Positions 28,461-42,190 are shown, numbered from the stretch's first letter. The stretch: 64,000 nt of DNA from Camelus ferus (GCF_009834535.1 NC_045697.1:95544001-95608000), one strand, 5' to 3'. Translations and numbers: made by a program. Notes: a model not told the origin generated them from the letters alone.

Positions 28461-30198
28461 AGGAAGTGAGCCTCAGAGCTTACTTTGTAGACATATTTAG
28501 AATGAATAGCATGCCTACTACCTTACTGTACTCCTAAAAGTACCCACACAATAGCGCCTTTGAGCTTACTTTTTTTAACTATTTGATTTGTAAGGAAGTT
28601 TAGAAAATAATAAATGGTGAACTTGAAAACTATAGAATTTAAAGAATCTTTCATTCAAAAATTCTTTTTTTTTTTTAAAGCATATACATGAAAAGGCCAA
28701 TACCATTAAAGAAAAACCTAAATGAATATCATCACTCTGTATGGTTGGCTCTATGCAAGGATCCCTATGTCAAATACCAATGGCAAATAAGATAATGACT
28801 ATAGGATAATGTTGTGCTCCCCTCAATTAGTTATTATCAGTCATCGATTGTTTACCTCATTGGGAAAGTAGTTTAGAAATAACTTTGTCCATAAACTTTC
28901 CTTGAGGTTTAAATCTTCCATATGAACATGAAAATGTTAATCATCATAAAATCCCAGAGGCAGATCGCTATTGAAAGACAAATGAAAACATGACTGAAGA
29001 GGAAATCAAATTATCTATGACCTATGCAATGAACATACATGTCTTGACAGCTAGAGTATCTATATTTAGAAATCCTGAATAATTGTAAAAGTCTAGCACA
29101 AAGCTTTCTATTCCACGGAAGCCGCTCTTTGACTTCCAGTTACCTTTAACCACTCCCTTCCCATCAGCCACACACAGGTAACTGGTCCTTTCATTTTGTT
29201 TACACCTCTTAGGATGCTTTGCATTCCGAACTTTTCAATGCAAGCTAACAAGCAGCTGTAGGGTCTATCACCTCCCTAAGGTCGTATCCTGATAGCATGT
29301 TGTAGACTTTTTAAACCCATTATTAATTATTTCCACTATTCTTATATTTGTATTAGATTTTATTTTAAGAGATATATAAGCAATGACATAATTCTTTTGT
29401 GGTGAAAACCCCACTGCACAAGACTTTCCTTTAGCATCTTACTAGCCACTACACTAAGCTGATTTATACCTGAATTTCAGAATGAGGATGGCATCTGGTC
29501 CCTGCTGCAGCAGCCAACTCATCTTGGAATGGACACTGTTATTTTGTCTACTAGGTTTTATTTGGATAGCAGAGGAAAAGAATCTTTCATTTTAAAAAGT
29601 TCTTAAGTATTAGATTTAAGCATGGTACCAGAGGACACACCCAGATGTTTTAGCTTGAGATCATTATGTGGAATTCATTTTTACATGTTACTTTTTCACA
29701 TTTTTTTTAAAAACCTTGAGATGTTATCTTTTTCCTTCTGTCTGAAATCTGCTTAGAAAAATATTAGAGGGTAGCTACATATGCCAAAATGTTGTCATCA
29801 AAGTTTGCTTGCTGTTTCTTTACATTCCTATGATGTTTATCCTCATCCATAATTCATTTTTCTGAAAAAAAACATCAGGAGAAACAAAGAATAAATGGTG
29901 ACACAGTGCCAAAGATCCCTTGGGAGTCTGACATAAGAACGCAGTTCACTTTGCATCTTGTGATCATCTTGTCACATAAACACACGTTCTCAATGCTTCC
30001 TCATTCATTTAAAAAAAAAAACTATAGAAATGGCTTTTTTTTTCTAGTGGAGGAAAGTAAAAACATTATTTTTACTTTTGTCCTCATAGATAAAAAGACC
30101 CAAAACTCATAGTTTGCACATGACTCACATAAAGCAAGCTTAATTGTTTTTAATTTTGAATAATGTTAAATTATATAAAACTAATCAGAAAACATGCA

Positions 30199-31535
30199 GT
30201 TTTATTTAAAAAAATTTTATGAAGTCAGTTACACTGTCAACCTCTGCTGTACAGCACAGTATCCCAGTCACGCATATACATGTATATATTCACTCATTTA
30301 CATATTTTTTCCCATTAGAGGTTATTACAAGATATTGAGCATACTATCCTCTATACAGAAGAAAGTTTTTTGAATCTGTTTTTATATATAGTGGCTAACA
30401 TTAGTAAATCTCAAACTCCCAAATGTATCCCTTCCCATCCCCTTTCCCTGGTAACTGTAAGTTTACTAAGTCTGCGAGTCTGTTTCTATTTTGTAGATGA
30501 GTTCATAGTGTGTATGATTTTTTTTTTGGTGGGGGGGTTCCACATATGAGTGATATCCTGTGGTATTTTTATTTCTCTTTCTGGCTTACTTCACTTAGGA
30601 CAATCTCTAGGTCCATCCATGTTACTGCAAATGGCATTTATTAATTTTCATGGCTGAGTAATATTCCATTGTATAAATATACCACAGCTTCTTTATCCAG
30701 TCATCTGTCGATGGACATTGACATTGCTTTCATGTCTTGGCTATTGTATATAGAGCTGCTATGAACATTGGGGTGTTTGTATCTTTTCATATTAGTGTTT
30801 CCTCCAGATAAATACCCAGAAGTGGAATTGCTGGATCATATGGTCAGTCTATTTTTAATTTTTTGAGGAATCTCCATACTGTTTTCCACAGTGGCTGCAC
30901 CAAACTACATTCTCATCAGCAGTGTAAGAGGGTTCCCTTTTCTCTACAGCCTCTCCAGCATTTATCATTTGTGGACTTTTGAATGATGGCCAGTCTGACT
31001 GGTGTGAGGTGATACCTCGTTGTATTTTTGATTTGCATTTCTCTGATAATTAGTGATATTGAGCCTTTTTTCCTGTGTCTATTGGCCATTTGTATGCCTT
31101 CCCCATCAGAGAATTGCTTGTTTAGGTCCTCTGACCCTTTTTGGATTGGGTTATTTGTTTTTTTGTTATTAAGTTGTGTGAGCTGTTTATATATTCTGGA
31201 AATAAAGCCTTTATCAGTCTCATCATTTGCAAATATTTTCTTCCATTCTGTAGGGTGTTGTTTTGTTTTACTTATGGTTTCCTTTGCTGTGCAGAAGCTT
31301 ATGAGTTTAATTAGGTTCCATTTATTTATTTTTGCTCTTACTTCCATTGCCTGGGTAGACTGGTCGAGGAGAATGTTGCTAAGATTTATGTCAGAGAATG
31401 TTTTACTTATGTTTTCTTCTAGGAGATTTATTGTGTCTTGTCTTATATTTAAGCCTTTAAGCCATTTTGAGTTTATCTTTGTGTATGGAGTGAGGGAATA
31501 GTCTAACTTAACTGATTTACATGGTGCTGTCCAGT
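30199..31535 (-). mobile_element. 5'-truncated L1 with 12-bp TSD; about 200 open ORF2 codons
   Basis: ORF 30916-31587(-) [17 protein letters not shown]…[13 protein letters not shown]…[17 protein letters not shown] agaaaacatgca at 30187-30198 and 31536-31547. Confidence 0.98.
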
Positions 31536-32029
31536 AGAAAACATGCATTTTAAATAAGGAATGCTGTTGTCGGTGGGAACGCCACATCAGGAAGTAGATT
31601 ACATAGTTACAAGTTACAATCCTTTGTTCTACCAGTGTTCAGTATTCCTAATTTGGAGGCAGATAGCTGTCTTCTAAACGTGGAAGTATGTAAGAAAAAT
31701 ATTTTCTGTTAATATTCAGAAAGTATCTTAGAAAATGATGACACCCCATAGGAAAGATGGAGCAGCTAACAGTCAGCAGTACATATCAATTCTTTTCCAC
31801 TTATACAAGGCTTCTTGCCAGGAGACTTGGCCAGGGCACAAAATGGGTTTTTTAGATCTTCCTCTATTTCATGGACATATTTTCAAAAATCCACAGATGT
31901 AAGCAAGTAGATGGATGAAACGTTAGTATTCATGGTTTACACAGAAAGAAAGTCACAGAAAAAAAACTGTAACTTTTCAAAGGCCTCAAAACTGGGTAGT
32001 GATGGAAGTTTCATCCACTGTGAGAGTCT

Positions 32030-32245
32030 TTAGGATAAAGACTTGGAGTCTGGAGAGAAACCACCTAGTTTTTATTTCAGATCTTCAATTTAACTGATGT
32101 GTAACCTTGATCAAGTTAAACTGCTCTGTGCCTCAGTTTCCTCATTTAAAATGGACAAATTCTCAAATCTACCTACCTGTTGGGTTCATTAAGATTTAAG
32201 GAGTGTGAAGTATTTAGAACACAGCTGGGCACAGGTTAAATACAC
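32030..32245 (+). mobile_element. MIR SINE
   Basis: gtgtaaccttgatcaagttaaactgctctgtgcctcagtttcctcatttaaaatgg. Confidence 0.9.
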
Positions 32246-32599
32246 ATATTGTGAATCTGGGCTGTTCCTTTACTATTCCTCTAATCTAATGTCTAATTAT
32301 CCTGAAAGCCTGACAAATTGAAAGTTGTTGGCACTATATCAAGCACTAAATGAAGACTCCACATGAAAAATGAAAGAAAAAAAAAAGAGAAACTTGATAA
32401 ACTTTCAATATATGTTACAATTTTTCCAAGATAATGAAAAGATACCAGAAGTTTCTAAATGTTTATGTGAATAGAGCTCATTTATGGTTCAGCCTTTGAC
32501 ATTGTCTCATTCCTCTTCTTGTGATTTTTTTTTTTCCAAAAGCCTGCCAACACAAATTTAAGTCCTCCCATTATCTCTTGGCAAGCAAAAAGAGAACCC

Positions 32600-34265
32600 A
32601 CTGTTATTACTACATTGTAGTCCTCCAAACAAACTCGGCAAATGGCAAAAGAGAAAACCAAGAGTATTTTCTCCTGAAAAGACTAAATAAGTAAGCTATG
32701 TCTAATTGAGTGAAGTAAAAGAGAAAAGTGATTATCTGAATATATTAGAAAAGAAAATGATTTCACAAATGATTTCTAACTATAATAATTTAAGTGATCT
32801 AAGTTTTATTTTCTTTATATGCCTAATTATTTAAATTTTAGAATGATGGTATTTGTTAAAGTTGCACTATTTAAGGTGGATGTATGTTTTTATTTGCTTA
32901 GATGTCTTAAATTAGCTGTAAACCTTTATGATAAGACTCTAAGGTAAATTTCAGAGAAAAGAAGCTGAATCAGATGTGTGCAATTCATTTTAAATCTTGA
33001 ATTAGTGTGGAGGGTCTTATAAAACAGACACAGAAACACCAATATGAAATTGGCCTCTAGGGAATTAGACTAAATAAAACTCCTTCAATTTTTAGTTGAA
33101 TATAATCATTGTTATAGAAACTCAGTTTAAGTATTAAAATGTTAAATTATTAGAGAGTTCCCTTTCCAATGGATAAAATGCTGATAATTTAGCATCATTT
33201 GACCTCAAATAAACAAGACTGAACAACTAGTTTAGCAAAATTAAATTAATTATTAAAAAATTAAAGAGGGAGATTTCTTTATTTAAAATTTTATCACTCT
33301 CTTGGGAAAAGTCAAATGACTCTTTATGCAATAAAAAATTATGGAATTATTTAAATGATTGTGAACATAAAATAAATCAAGGTATATTTGTGAGAAGAAA
33401 TAGCTTTAATTCTATTTCAGTTAAGCACATACAATGAAACTTACTGGGATTTTTGGAAATAGTGAAAAGGTGGAGAATATTTTGAAATATATGGAATTCA
33501 TCCTATAATTATGTCAGAGTAAATTCCAACTTAATAATAACTAAAATACATTCTATGAAGAACATTTCTCATACATTCTGATAGACATAAAAAGGTAAGA
33601 ATTTAATTTTTGTTTTACTCAATCTTAACAGATAAAGAATAAGTAATATTTACTAAATTAGTTTAAAAAAGGAAAACTATCATGATTCACTTTTTCTAAA
33701 TGACAACGTACAATCTCAGCTTTTAGTTTGGCTGTTAAATTTGTGAATTAAAACATGTGAACTCATTAAACTCACTAAAAAATGTGAAGCAAGCATAATT
33801 ACTTACAGATAATATTTGAAACTAAAAATTAGAGAGTGTCTTTTTTCAAACATGCTCTTATTTCATTTAAAAATAAGAGCAAATAAAGTTTCTAGAAACT
33901 GTCATGGAAAATTTGTATAAGATATATGAAAATAATGGCATAAATTAAAGACCAAACCAATTTAGAAAAGTCTGAAAAGGTGAAATCAATCTAAATGTTG
34001 AATCCAAAATCATGTTATAATTCATTACATATTAAAATATAATATTTAAGAAAATTGTCAGCTAGAAAAACTTTGAAGAATTCTTTCATTATGTTTAAAC
34101 TTGATGATAATTGAAAATTGTGAGGCATAGTCATTACATGGGAGATTAATGGAGGTTATATTTAGATGGCAGGATGAGTAATTATTTGTATTATTTTAGA
34201 AGTTTGTATACTTAATCTAAATTTTCTCCATGGTCACTGTTCTTTTATAATTTATTTAAAAAATA
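32600..34265 (+). mobile_element. Very old L1 (L1ME-like) 3' remnant
   Basis: A-rich degenerate ORF2/3'UTR-like sequence (ctcatacattctgatag; ttttctccatggtcactgttctttttataa at the 3' end). Confidence 0.45.
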
Positions 34266-34340
34266 TAAGGAAATGAGTTTTTAATGTATTTTGATCATAT
34301 TAAAATACTTACATGCTTCTGGCCCCAAGAGGAACCTGAA

Positions 34341-34357
34341 TGACTCATGATGAGTCA
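34341..34357. promoter_or_regulatory. Twin AP-1 consensus sites forming a 17-bp palindrome
   Basis: TGACTCA-TGA-TGAGTCA. Confidence 0.4.
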
Positions 34358-35612
34358 CAGAGTGACTTTGTGGCTAGAACATGAGTTAAATATAATGGGG
34401 AGATTGTGTCAAACAGTGATGGTGTGTATACAGTGATCCATAGAGAAATGGAACTCATACAATTCGGGTCAGTCTGAGTAGGTTAATAAAGCAGTAAAAA
34501 AATGACATTCTCCAGTGTCCTAGACCATCAGGTCACCTCCCTCTGTAAGATACATGCCTCTCTTCAACTCACATCTTTGGCCTGATGAAAGGTTCACTAT
34601 AACCAACTGGCAGAGAAGGAAACAAGTTGAGCAAGGATCACAAAGGGCTCAGCCCTTCCTGTGGAAGTGGACTGTCAACCACACTACAGCTTCATGTAGC
34701 AGAAATCCTAAAGAACAGATGTGACAAACTCTCCTGGCAGCAGAGTTTCGAGCAGTCCATTTAGTAAGTCAGGTCATAAAGAACAATGAGTGGCCTGAGT
34801 TACATGGATTCCTGGGCAGTGGCAAATGGCATGAGTTGTAAATCCGTCCCCAGAAGGAGCAGGAATGGAAGGTCCAGGAGTAGGGTATCTGGAGAAGGGA
34901 TAAGTGGATAGACTGCTGGGCGTGTGCACGGAACGCTTGGCCCTCTGTGCTAACATGCTAATAATGCTCACTACAGAGCTGGCTCTCCAAAACTGGGTTC
35001 ACAGGATGACTACTTGTGCTCACCTCTGTCTTCTGTCACCTTAGTGTTTGCATAGTGGGCTCATGGATGGAATAACCTTGGTGACAGGAATTGAGAATAC
35101 TCAGCCCAGAAGTATGGGCTAACTTTCACCAAGACTGATCTACAGTCACTGCAGAATATCCATGCCAAGAGACAAGACTGACACTGAGTTCGTAATTTTG
35201 CTCCAACCCTTCAGGTGATGCATTCTGCCAGTTGCTGGCAGGTATGCAATATTAGACTCTTTTCCCCTGTAGGGCAGTGATTTCTTCTACTCATAATCAA
35301 TCCTTTTTGCAGATGTGGAATTATCTTCCCCGCTCCCAGTATGTTTGCCACACAATAGCGCAGGAATGTCTGATCTAATCCCAAAATAACCCATGCAATG
35401 TCTCCAGCCAAAAGGGATGCATCTTACAGTGAAGTGTGTATGAAAGCATGTGCATGACAATAGAATCCAATTTTCTTACCATGAACCTTGTACAGGGAAG
35501 AGCATAACCTGTTAGGATGGTCTGTTAAACCCTCTGTTAAAGTGCCAGCTTAGGATGTGCATCCTGTGGGAGAAGGTACCGCTCCCTAGTATATGGTGTG
35601 TGCTTAAACAGA

Positions 35613-36014
35613 TGTTGAGATTCTGAGGATATTTTCCTGGAGCCTTAGAACTCCACTGTGCTCTAGCAGGACTTCTGTCTATATCTTGTTGGCTAAAGCC
35701 TTTCTTCAAAGCTATCTGCGAGGCAGACCTCTAGTGCCTGGGAATTAATGCTAGTTTTATAGAACAAGCCCTTAATCACTGGCAGAACGATTTGGTATAT
35801 TAATATCCAAATTACTTGCCCCTGGTGTGGCAGATTTCCAAGCAGTTCGCTGTTGGGATTAGGTTTCATTCCACAGAGGTGATGAATTATAACATACCCT
35901 CTGTTGCCTGACTTCTTTTCCCTAACTCAATGCATCACCCCCATATCAATCTTTCCTTCATTTCTCAGATAACACATTTGCACCTGAAACTTATATCAAG
36001 GTAAGACCTGGACA
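35613..36014 (+). mobile_element. LTR16-type (ERVL) LTR inserted into remnant B
   Basis: TG…CA ends; ctagtgcctgggaattaatg, agcccttaatcactggcag, catttgcacctgaaactt. Confidence 0.7.
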
Positions 36015-36699
36015 GAATGCAATGAATACGGCATGTGGAAACCAAGGAAGGAATTCTGGGCAGAGATCTTGGCTCCTAGGAGATAACTTTTGCCAGAGGA
36101 AATATTTAAATCCACAGTTGTTACGTGGTCACATTGGCTCCTTTTTCTTTTTCTTTTTTTCCAGTAGAGCAATAAGAAGAAAGAACATAATATCCTAGTG
36201 GGGTATCATCCCTGAAAGAGTTACACAGTGGGAACAGGGGAACTATGACTGGATCTGAGGATATTTACTAAGGCATCTTTTTAAAATTTTTGGTTCAGCA
36301 CCCGTTGATATTGGCAAGTGGGCAAATTAAAGCAACCACAACTTAATAAGGACAAGTCAATTAAAACCTAATTTCCCTTGGCTTTAAAAGTTCTGGACAC
36401 TCTACCATGTCAAAAATAAATTAGAAGAAAAAGAAACATCAAAAACAAACAACCCCCCCCCCCAAAAAAAGAAAAACCAGAAAGAAATCAGTCAATTCAA
36501 ATAAAACTGTCTTTAGTTTAAGGAAATCCAGACTAAGTAGTGGAGGAAAGAAACAATGAACATCTTTCATCTTCAACAGTGAGGACTTTTTGTGAATTAT
36601 TTCTCAATAAAGCTGGAAAAAACAGGATTATTAATTATTTACTAACACTCCGTCCTACATCACTTTAAGAATTTGAAGAATATACTGTGACTGGTTAGA

Positions 36700-37217
36700 T
36701 TTGTAGACATCTTCTCAGGAAAGAAGAGAAGTCCTCTTGCCTTCAGGTATGTGGAGGTCTTATCATGCAGTGTGAAATGGAGAACACCCCAGTGTGTGCT
36801 GTGTGGGTGAGCACCTACCTCCCATGCATGCTCTGCCACTCTGACCTCCCATCCTGACACCTTTTGGATACTAACTCTTGAGCTACTACTGGCCTCACTT
36901 GTTGCTTATACATGTACAACTTAGAAATGAAGACTCCTTCATTCATTGTAAGGAAGCCTTTGACAAAGGGGAGATTTTTCCCAGGGTAATTTGTCCTAAG
37001 ATGCAGGACATGTGGCTTCTAAGAAGATGGTGAAATCATTCAGAAGCACCTGATACTAAATTGCTACCAGCTTGTAACCTTCATATTGCTCTCCTTCCTG
37101 CCTGCCTCATTTCCTTTTCCCTCATTCTTGCTTCCCTGGGATGACAATTTTTTAAACAATGAATTGCCCATAAACTTTGTCTCAGACTCTGTTTTGTGAG
37201 TAACTTAGGCTAAGACA
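36700..37217 (+). mobile_element. ERVL LTR (LTR16/LTR33-like), probable 3' LTR of remnant B
   Basis: Typical 3' end ctttgtctcagactctgttttgtgagtaacttaggctaagaca; 5' boundary uncertain. Confidence 0.65.
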
Positions 37218-37429
37218 GAAAGCACCTCATCCACCATTATTTTTATAATATTTTAGTGGATGATAAGTGATTCAATAAATTGAAGAAGAGTTATCCATGC
37301 ATTATTAATAAGAATCTTTCTCTTAACTTATTTATTATTCTTTTGTTTCCATATGTTTCAAAATCTCTGCCATCCTTAACACACAAATGACGCATAAAAA
37401 GTTACAAAATATTTTGCACTATATATACA

Positions 37430-38935
37430 AGTTCACAAATAAGAAAGGAAAATGTCCAGGGATCAGGGATGAAGAAAAAACTCAGATACAGAGTATTTAA
37501 CAGTTATTAAATTCAAACAGTGTGGACAAGTATTAGAATCATTCCTAAAAGCTGAGAATCTAACACCAATACTGTGCTGGTGTGAGGGTGAAAATGAGCT
37601 CTCTGCAAAAAACCATGTGTTCCAAACAGCTGAGGGACTTACAGCTGGGGCAGGCTAACCTTCTTAGGCCATGGATAGGAAAACAGTCACTAGGAATAAT
37701 TTAGAACCACAGGATCATGCCTTCTACAATGAGTGATCTGAATTCACACCATTCAAATTGTGTGGGAACCTGTAGCTGGAAAATTAACAAAAATCTCAGA
37801 CGTCCCTGGAACTCAAGTAAATGTGAAATTTCCCCCTGGGAGACTCCAAGTACATGTGTATATAGGACTGTTGCAGATTGAAAAATAAAAAATCTCACCA
37901 TTTGGCCCCAGTTTAATTTTTAAAACACCTGAGAAAGAAAACTCCCGTAGACACAACCAAGGCATAAAGGTATGGTCAGCTTGAATATTAAGTTTTAGAA
38001 AATTATAGCTAAGACAAAATTAACCCCACCCCCCAAAAAAAGAAACTGGAGTAATAATATTGCTATTGGACAAAATAGATTTTTAGATAGAAAATATTAG
38101 GAAAAAGGGGTTATTACTTAATTTAAAAAGAAAAATTAAAAAAAATATATACCAATCCTGAATCTATATACTTAGATTTTCTCAAGATCCATAAAAAAGC
38201 CATCAACAGAACCACAAAGCCAAGCCCATACATTTGTAATCTTGGTTCAACACTCTAATAGCACTTTTGCAGAAACTAGAAGATAAAGAATATACATTAA
38301 TATAAAGAATATATGAGCTGTATCATTAAGAAAATGGATTTAACAGCAATTTATGAATTTAACAAATGTGTATAGGTGTAAGTTGACTCATTTTAACTCC
38401 TGTAACTAGAGAAACCCTTGAGCGTGTATTGGTGAAAATACAAATAGGTTGTTCATTAAATCATTGTTTAAACTTACAAAATGCTATCCTTAAATAAAAG
38501 AATAGGAAATAAATTATAATATATTGATATAATAGAAAACATACAGAATTTGAAATGAATTAGTTCTACATTTTAAGTTCAGATTCTCAAAATCAGAATC
38601 TCAAAAACATAAGAGGTAAGATAAGCTTTTAGAAATGCACATAAATTATACCTTAAATATAAAAAAGCTCAATTTACAAGGAATTATATTACTCACAGCT
38701 ACAGACATATATCATAAACTCATAAAAGTATGGATAGGTTAGGAATTCATCAACCTATCCTAACCTAACCTAACCTAAATGGGATGCACTGGGACTTGAA
38801 AAGTATAATAGTATTATTGTTTTTAAATCGTAAGACAGAGTTGAATCTGGATAGTGAATGAGTGTTAAATTATTCTCTACACTTATCTCTGAAATTAAAA
38901 TATTTCAAAATTTTCAAAAGAAAATGTTTAAAAGA
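37430..38935 (+). mobile_element. Old L1M remnant (patchy)
   Basis: aatcctgaatctatata, acaaaatagattt, tctcaaaaacataa and other degenerate L1 ORF2/3'UTR motifs. Confidence 0.55.
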
Positions 38936-39014
38936 AAAGTATAATTTCAGTGCACATTTGCAACTCACCTTTTTCTGTTTTGCTGAATGTATCAACTGTA
39001 GTCATTAGTTTTAA

Positions 39015-40348
39015 TTATTCATTTAGTCATTGTTTTATTCAATGAGCTCTTACTCCAGTGCCAGGCACTGTACTAAGTGCTGGTTTATGGAGCAGTAAAT
39101 AAAAACAAAGTGGGTCCCTTTCACCATAAATTTATCTACCTAGCAGATAAAGCAGATAGGTCATTGCCAAAGTACAGTAAAGAGAGATGACTGTTTTAAG
39201 GGAAGATCTGGGAGCAATGAGAATGCAGGGTAGACAGATGTCCCTCCCAGGGGAGAAGACGTTTAAACTGGTACATAAAGAATGGGTCAAATTTAGAAAG
39301 AAAATTGTTGAGAGTTTGTTTTGTGGTAAACAAGTATAATTGTTCCAACCACTAGGAGGATTCTAAGGCAAATGAATCTAGCACTTTGCAGCACTGAAAT
39401 TAGTCTAGCATGACTAATACATACCTGAATTTGAACAGAACAGTCAAAGAATATCAGATAAGATTTGATCATCAGGCTTAGAGATCTTGGAGGGTCTAAT
39501 AAGAGTGGTAAGGATCCACTGTACAGCTTCTAAAAGAAGAAGTTATAGTATCAGATTTTATTTTTCGAAAAAATAGAATGTGGATAATTAATGTGGGAGA
39601 AGAATCTATTTGAAACAGGTGAATTGGCTGTTCAGGAAACAGTGTTTATTAGACTCAAACAGGACAGAAAGAGTCAGAAAGAATGAGTGAATAATTATTA
39701 CACAAACATACGAGATAGTAATCATAGGACCTGATAATTAAACAATGTGGTTTCCGAGAGTGAGATATGAATTATGCCTACATTTATGAATTGGGAACTG
39801 GGTGACAAGAGGTGCCTTATGTCAAGATAGGAAACAGGGCAGATGAACAATGTTTAAAATTCTTAATTCAAAAAGATACTTACACCCCAATATTTATGCA
39901 GCCCTATTTATGATAGCCAAGATGTGGAAACAATCCAAGTGCCCATCAACAGATGATTGGTTTAAGATGTGGTGTTTATCAATATTACTCAGCTATATAA
40001 AGTGAAATATTGCCATTTGCAGCAACATGGATGGACTTACAGATTATCATACTAAGTGAAGTAAGTGAAGTAAGTGAGAAAGAGAAAGACAAATATTATA
40101 TGATATCACTTATATGTGGAATCTAAAAAGTAATGCAAATGAATCTGTATACAAAACAGAAACAGACTCAACAAAGAAAACAAACTTGTGGTTACCAAGG
40201 GGGAAAGAGAAGAGGGGAGGGATATATTAGGAATATGGGATTAACTTATACAAACTACTATACATAAAATAGATAAGTAACAAGATTTACTGTACAGCAC
40301 AGGGAACTATATTCAATATCTTATAATAACCTATAATGGAAAATAATC

Positions 40349-40381
<33 letters not shown>

Positions 40382-40830
40382 CTGAATCATTTTGTCGTAT
40401 ACCTGAAACTAGCACAATATTGTAAATCAACTCTGTTTCAATAGAAAGAGTGCATTCTGTAGAGGACATTCTGGGTTTAGTTGCATGTGACTCTTTGAGG
40501 TGCTGTCTAGTAGGAAGTCACAAAGATGAGTCTGGCACTGAGGAGGGAATTTGGGCTGCTGAAATTTCAAATCATGAGAGTCTTCACTTGACTTGATGTC
40601 CTCACATGTGTGAGCAGGATCACCCAGGAAGACGGTATAGGTTGGTAATGAATGAGGACATAGTAATGAACCCTGAAGGAAGCCACGTTGCGTTGGGTTA
40701 ATGAAAGTTGAAGATACAGGAGAGTAGGCTAAAATTCTTTCAGAAGTTTGTGGTAGTCTGAAGAAAATCACGGTAGTAAATGGAGTTTGCATGAAAGAAA
40801 ATTTTTAGTGACTAGTATTTGATTAAATGC
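39015..40830 (-). mobile_element. L2 LINE interrupted by an L1
   Basis: Reverse L2 3' end ttattcaatgagctcttactccagtgccaggcactgtactaagtgctgg; purine-rich L2 body continues after 40445. Confidence 0.8.
39860..40445 (+). mobile_element. L1 3' end (ORF2 tail and 3'UTR) containing a (TA)n tract
   Basis: atagccaagatgtggaaacaatccaagtgcccatcaacagatgattgg…ttgccatttgcagcaacatggatggac; (TA)n at ~40351-40380. Confidence 0.95.
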
Positions 40831-41229
40831 TGATGCAAAAAACCCACCCATGGACTTTTTCCTCCTCTTTGAAGGGTCTGTGCAAGAGCTGTGCTTTCTA
40901 CACAGAGTGTTCTTCTACCAGATAACCCTATAGCCAGGACTTTTTCTCATTGCTATTTTAGCTTAAAAATTACCTCTTCAGAGAGACTTGTTTCTAAATT
41001 TCAGACTTAATATTCTGTCATCTCCCACTGAAGCTTCTTTTCACATCCTCACATTGAATGGATCACATCACTCTGTTTCATTTTCATCAGCTTTATTTAT
41101 CAACACCTATTATGCTTTGTTTAGTTATTAAATTGTTTATTTTCTGAAGGTAGTGAGAAGTTAAAGCTTAAGTTTCAAATACAATTTTATCTTTGCTTTC
41201 CTAGAGTAAATACGAAAGTATCTGATTAT

Positions 41230-42190
41230 AATATACTTATATATATGATGCTTAATTCACTTTGCTAATATTTTGTGGATGATAGGAATTTATATTCTTG
41301 TGAAAAATCCCTTTCCAGTTCCATTTATAAAATCTTTGTCAGGTTTTGACATCAAGGTTTATGTGGTCTTTATTTTAAAATGGACAGTATTTAATATTCT
41401 CAGGATTAGTTGAGTAGAGTTGGTGGTATTGATTTCTTACATATTTGGAAGCTATCATTGGTGAAACCATCTGGTGTTTTCCTTACGGATTGTGTAGGTA
41501 CTGAGTATCTGTGATTCATATAGGACAAAGCAGATTTTTCAGTTCTTGTGTCAGTTGGTAAACTGTTTATCTAGAAATTTGTTTTTAATATAAATTTTAA
41601 AATTTATTGTCATAAGCTTTTCCTAAACTGCTTATTCTCCTTCTGATGTCTGCAGGTTAGGGAGTGACATCACCTTTTGGGTTTATGATACTGATTTACT
41701 CTGCCTTCTTTGTGTTCTTTCTCAGTTTTTCCAGGTATATTTCAATTTTATTAGACTTCTCAAATATCAAATTTGCCTTTTAAAATCCACTCTACTGTAC
41801 TATATTTATCTATCACTTATTCATGCTTTTATCTTTATTATTCTTGAGTAGAATTTGATATTTTCAAAATTCTGTCATATATTTATTTTATTTTTATTAT
41901 GTTTTCTATTATGTGAAATTATAGGTCAATATTTCTCTTTGAGAAAAACTTGAACTACTTCCCACAAGTTTTGGTAGGTCAAGTTTTCATTATCATTTGG
42001 TTCAAAATATTTTGTAATGTGCTTTATAAATTTATGAATAAATAAAACATGCAGTGTTTAGTTTTCAAGCATTTGAAGATTTTCAGTTATTTTTTGTCAC
42101 TGAATGCTAGCTTAATTCTCCATGAAGTCAGAAAACATACTCTCTCTGATTTTTGTAGTTTAGTATTTGTTGATATTTGTGGTCACAATT
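41230..42190 (-). mobile_element. Old L1 ORF2 remnant
   Basis: tttgctaatattttgtggat, ctttgtcaggttttgacatcaagg, ggtgaaaccatctgg, ttcccacaagttttgg. Confidence 0.75.

Larger units (their letters stand above)
24370..28560 (-). mobile_element. ERV-L internal remnant A (degenerate gag-pol, no intact ORF)
   Basis: ORF 26657-26848(-) …LGHNVACRALINYISTVYLLIVPTEQEVA resembles ERV-L RT LCHNLVRRDL…HYIDDIMLIG.EQEVA; ERV-L 3' internal motif ccattccatgttccttttaccct at ~24445; contains nested MER and L1 insertions. Confidence 0.8.
34320..36560 (+). mobile_element. ERV-L internal remnant B (RNase H, integrase, dUTPase-like)
   Basis: Translated motifs AEFRAVHLV (~34740), DSWAVANG (34807-34830), WAH (~35055), CWQVCNIRL (~35233; cf. 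ERV-L WWQVDYIGPL) and GHIG (~36128; cf. PGHFGLL). Confidence 0.88.

Noticed and set aside
31028..31501. 157-aa hydrophobic ORF, and similar ORFs at 6120-6404 and 16122-16958
   Set aside because: Antisense frames of L1 ORF2, a well-known artefact
30916..31587. 223-aa ORF as a functional gene
   Set aside because: 5'-truncated L1 ORF2 fragment; its N-terminus comes from flanking DNA and it stops inside the zinc knuckle
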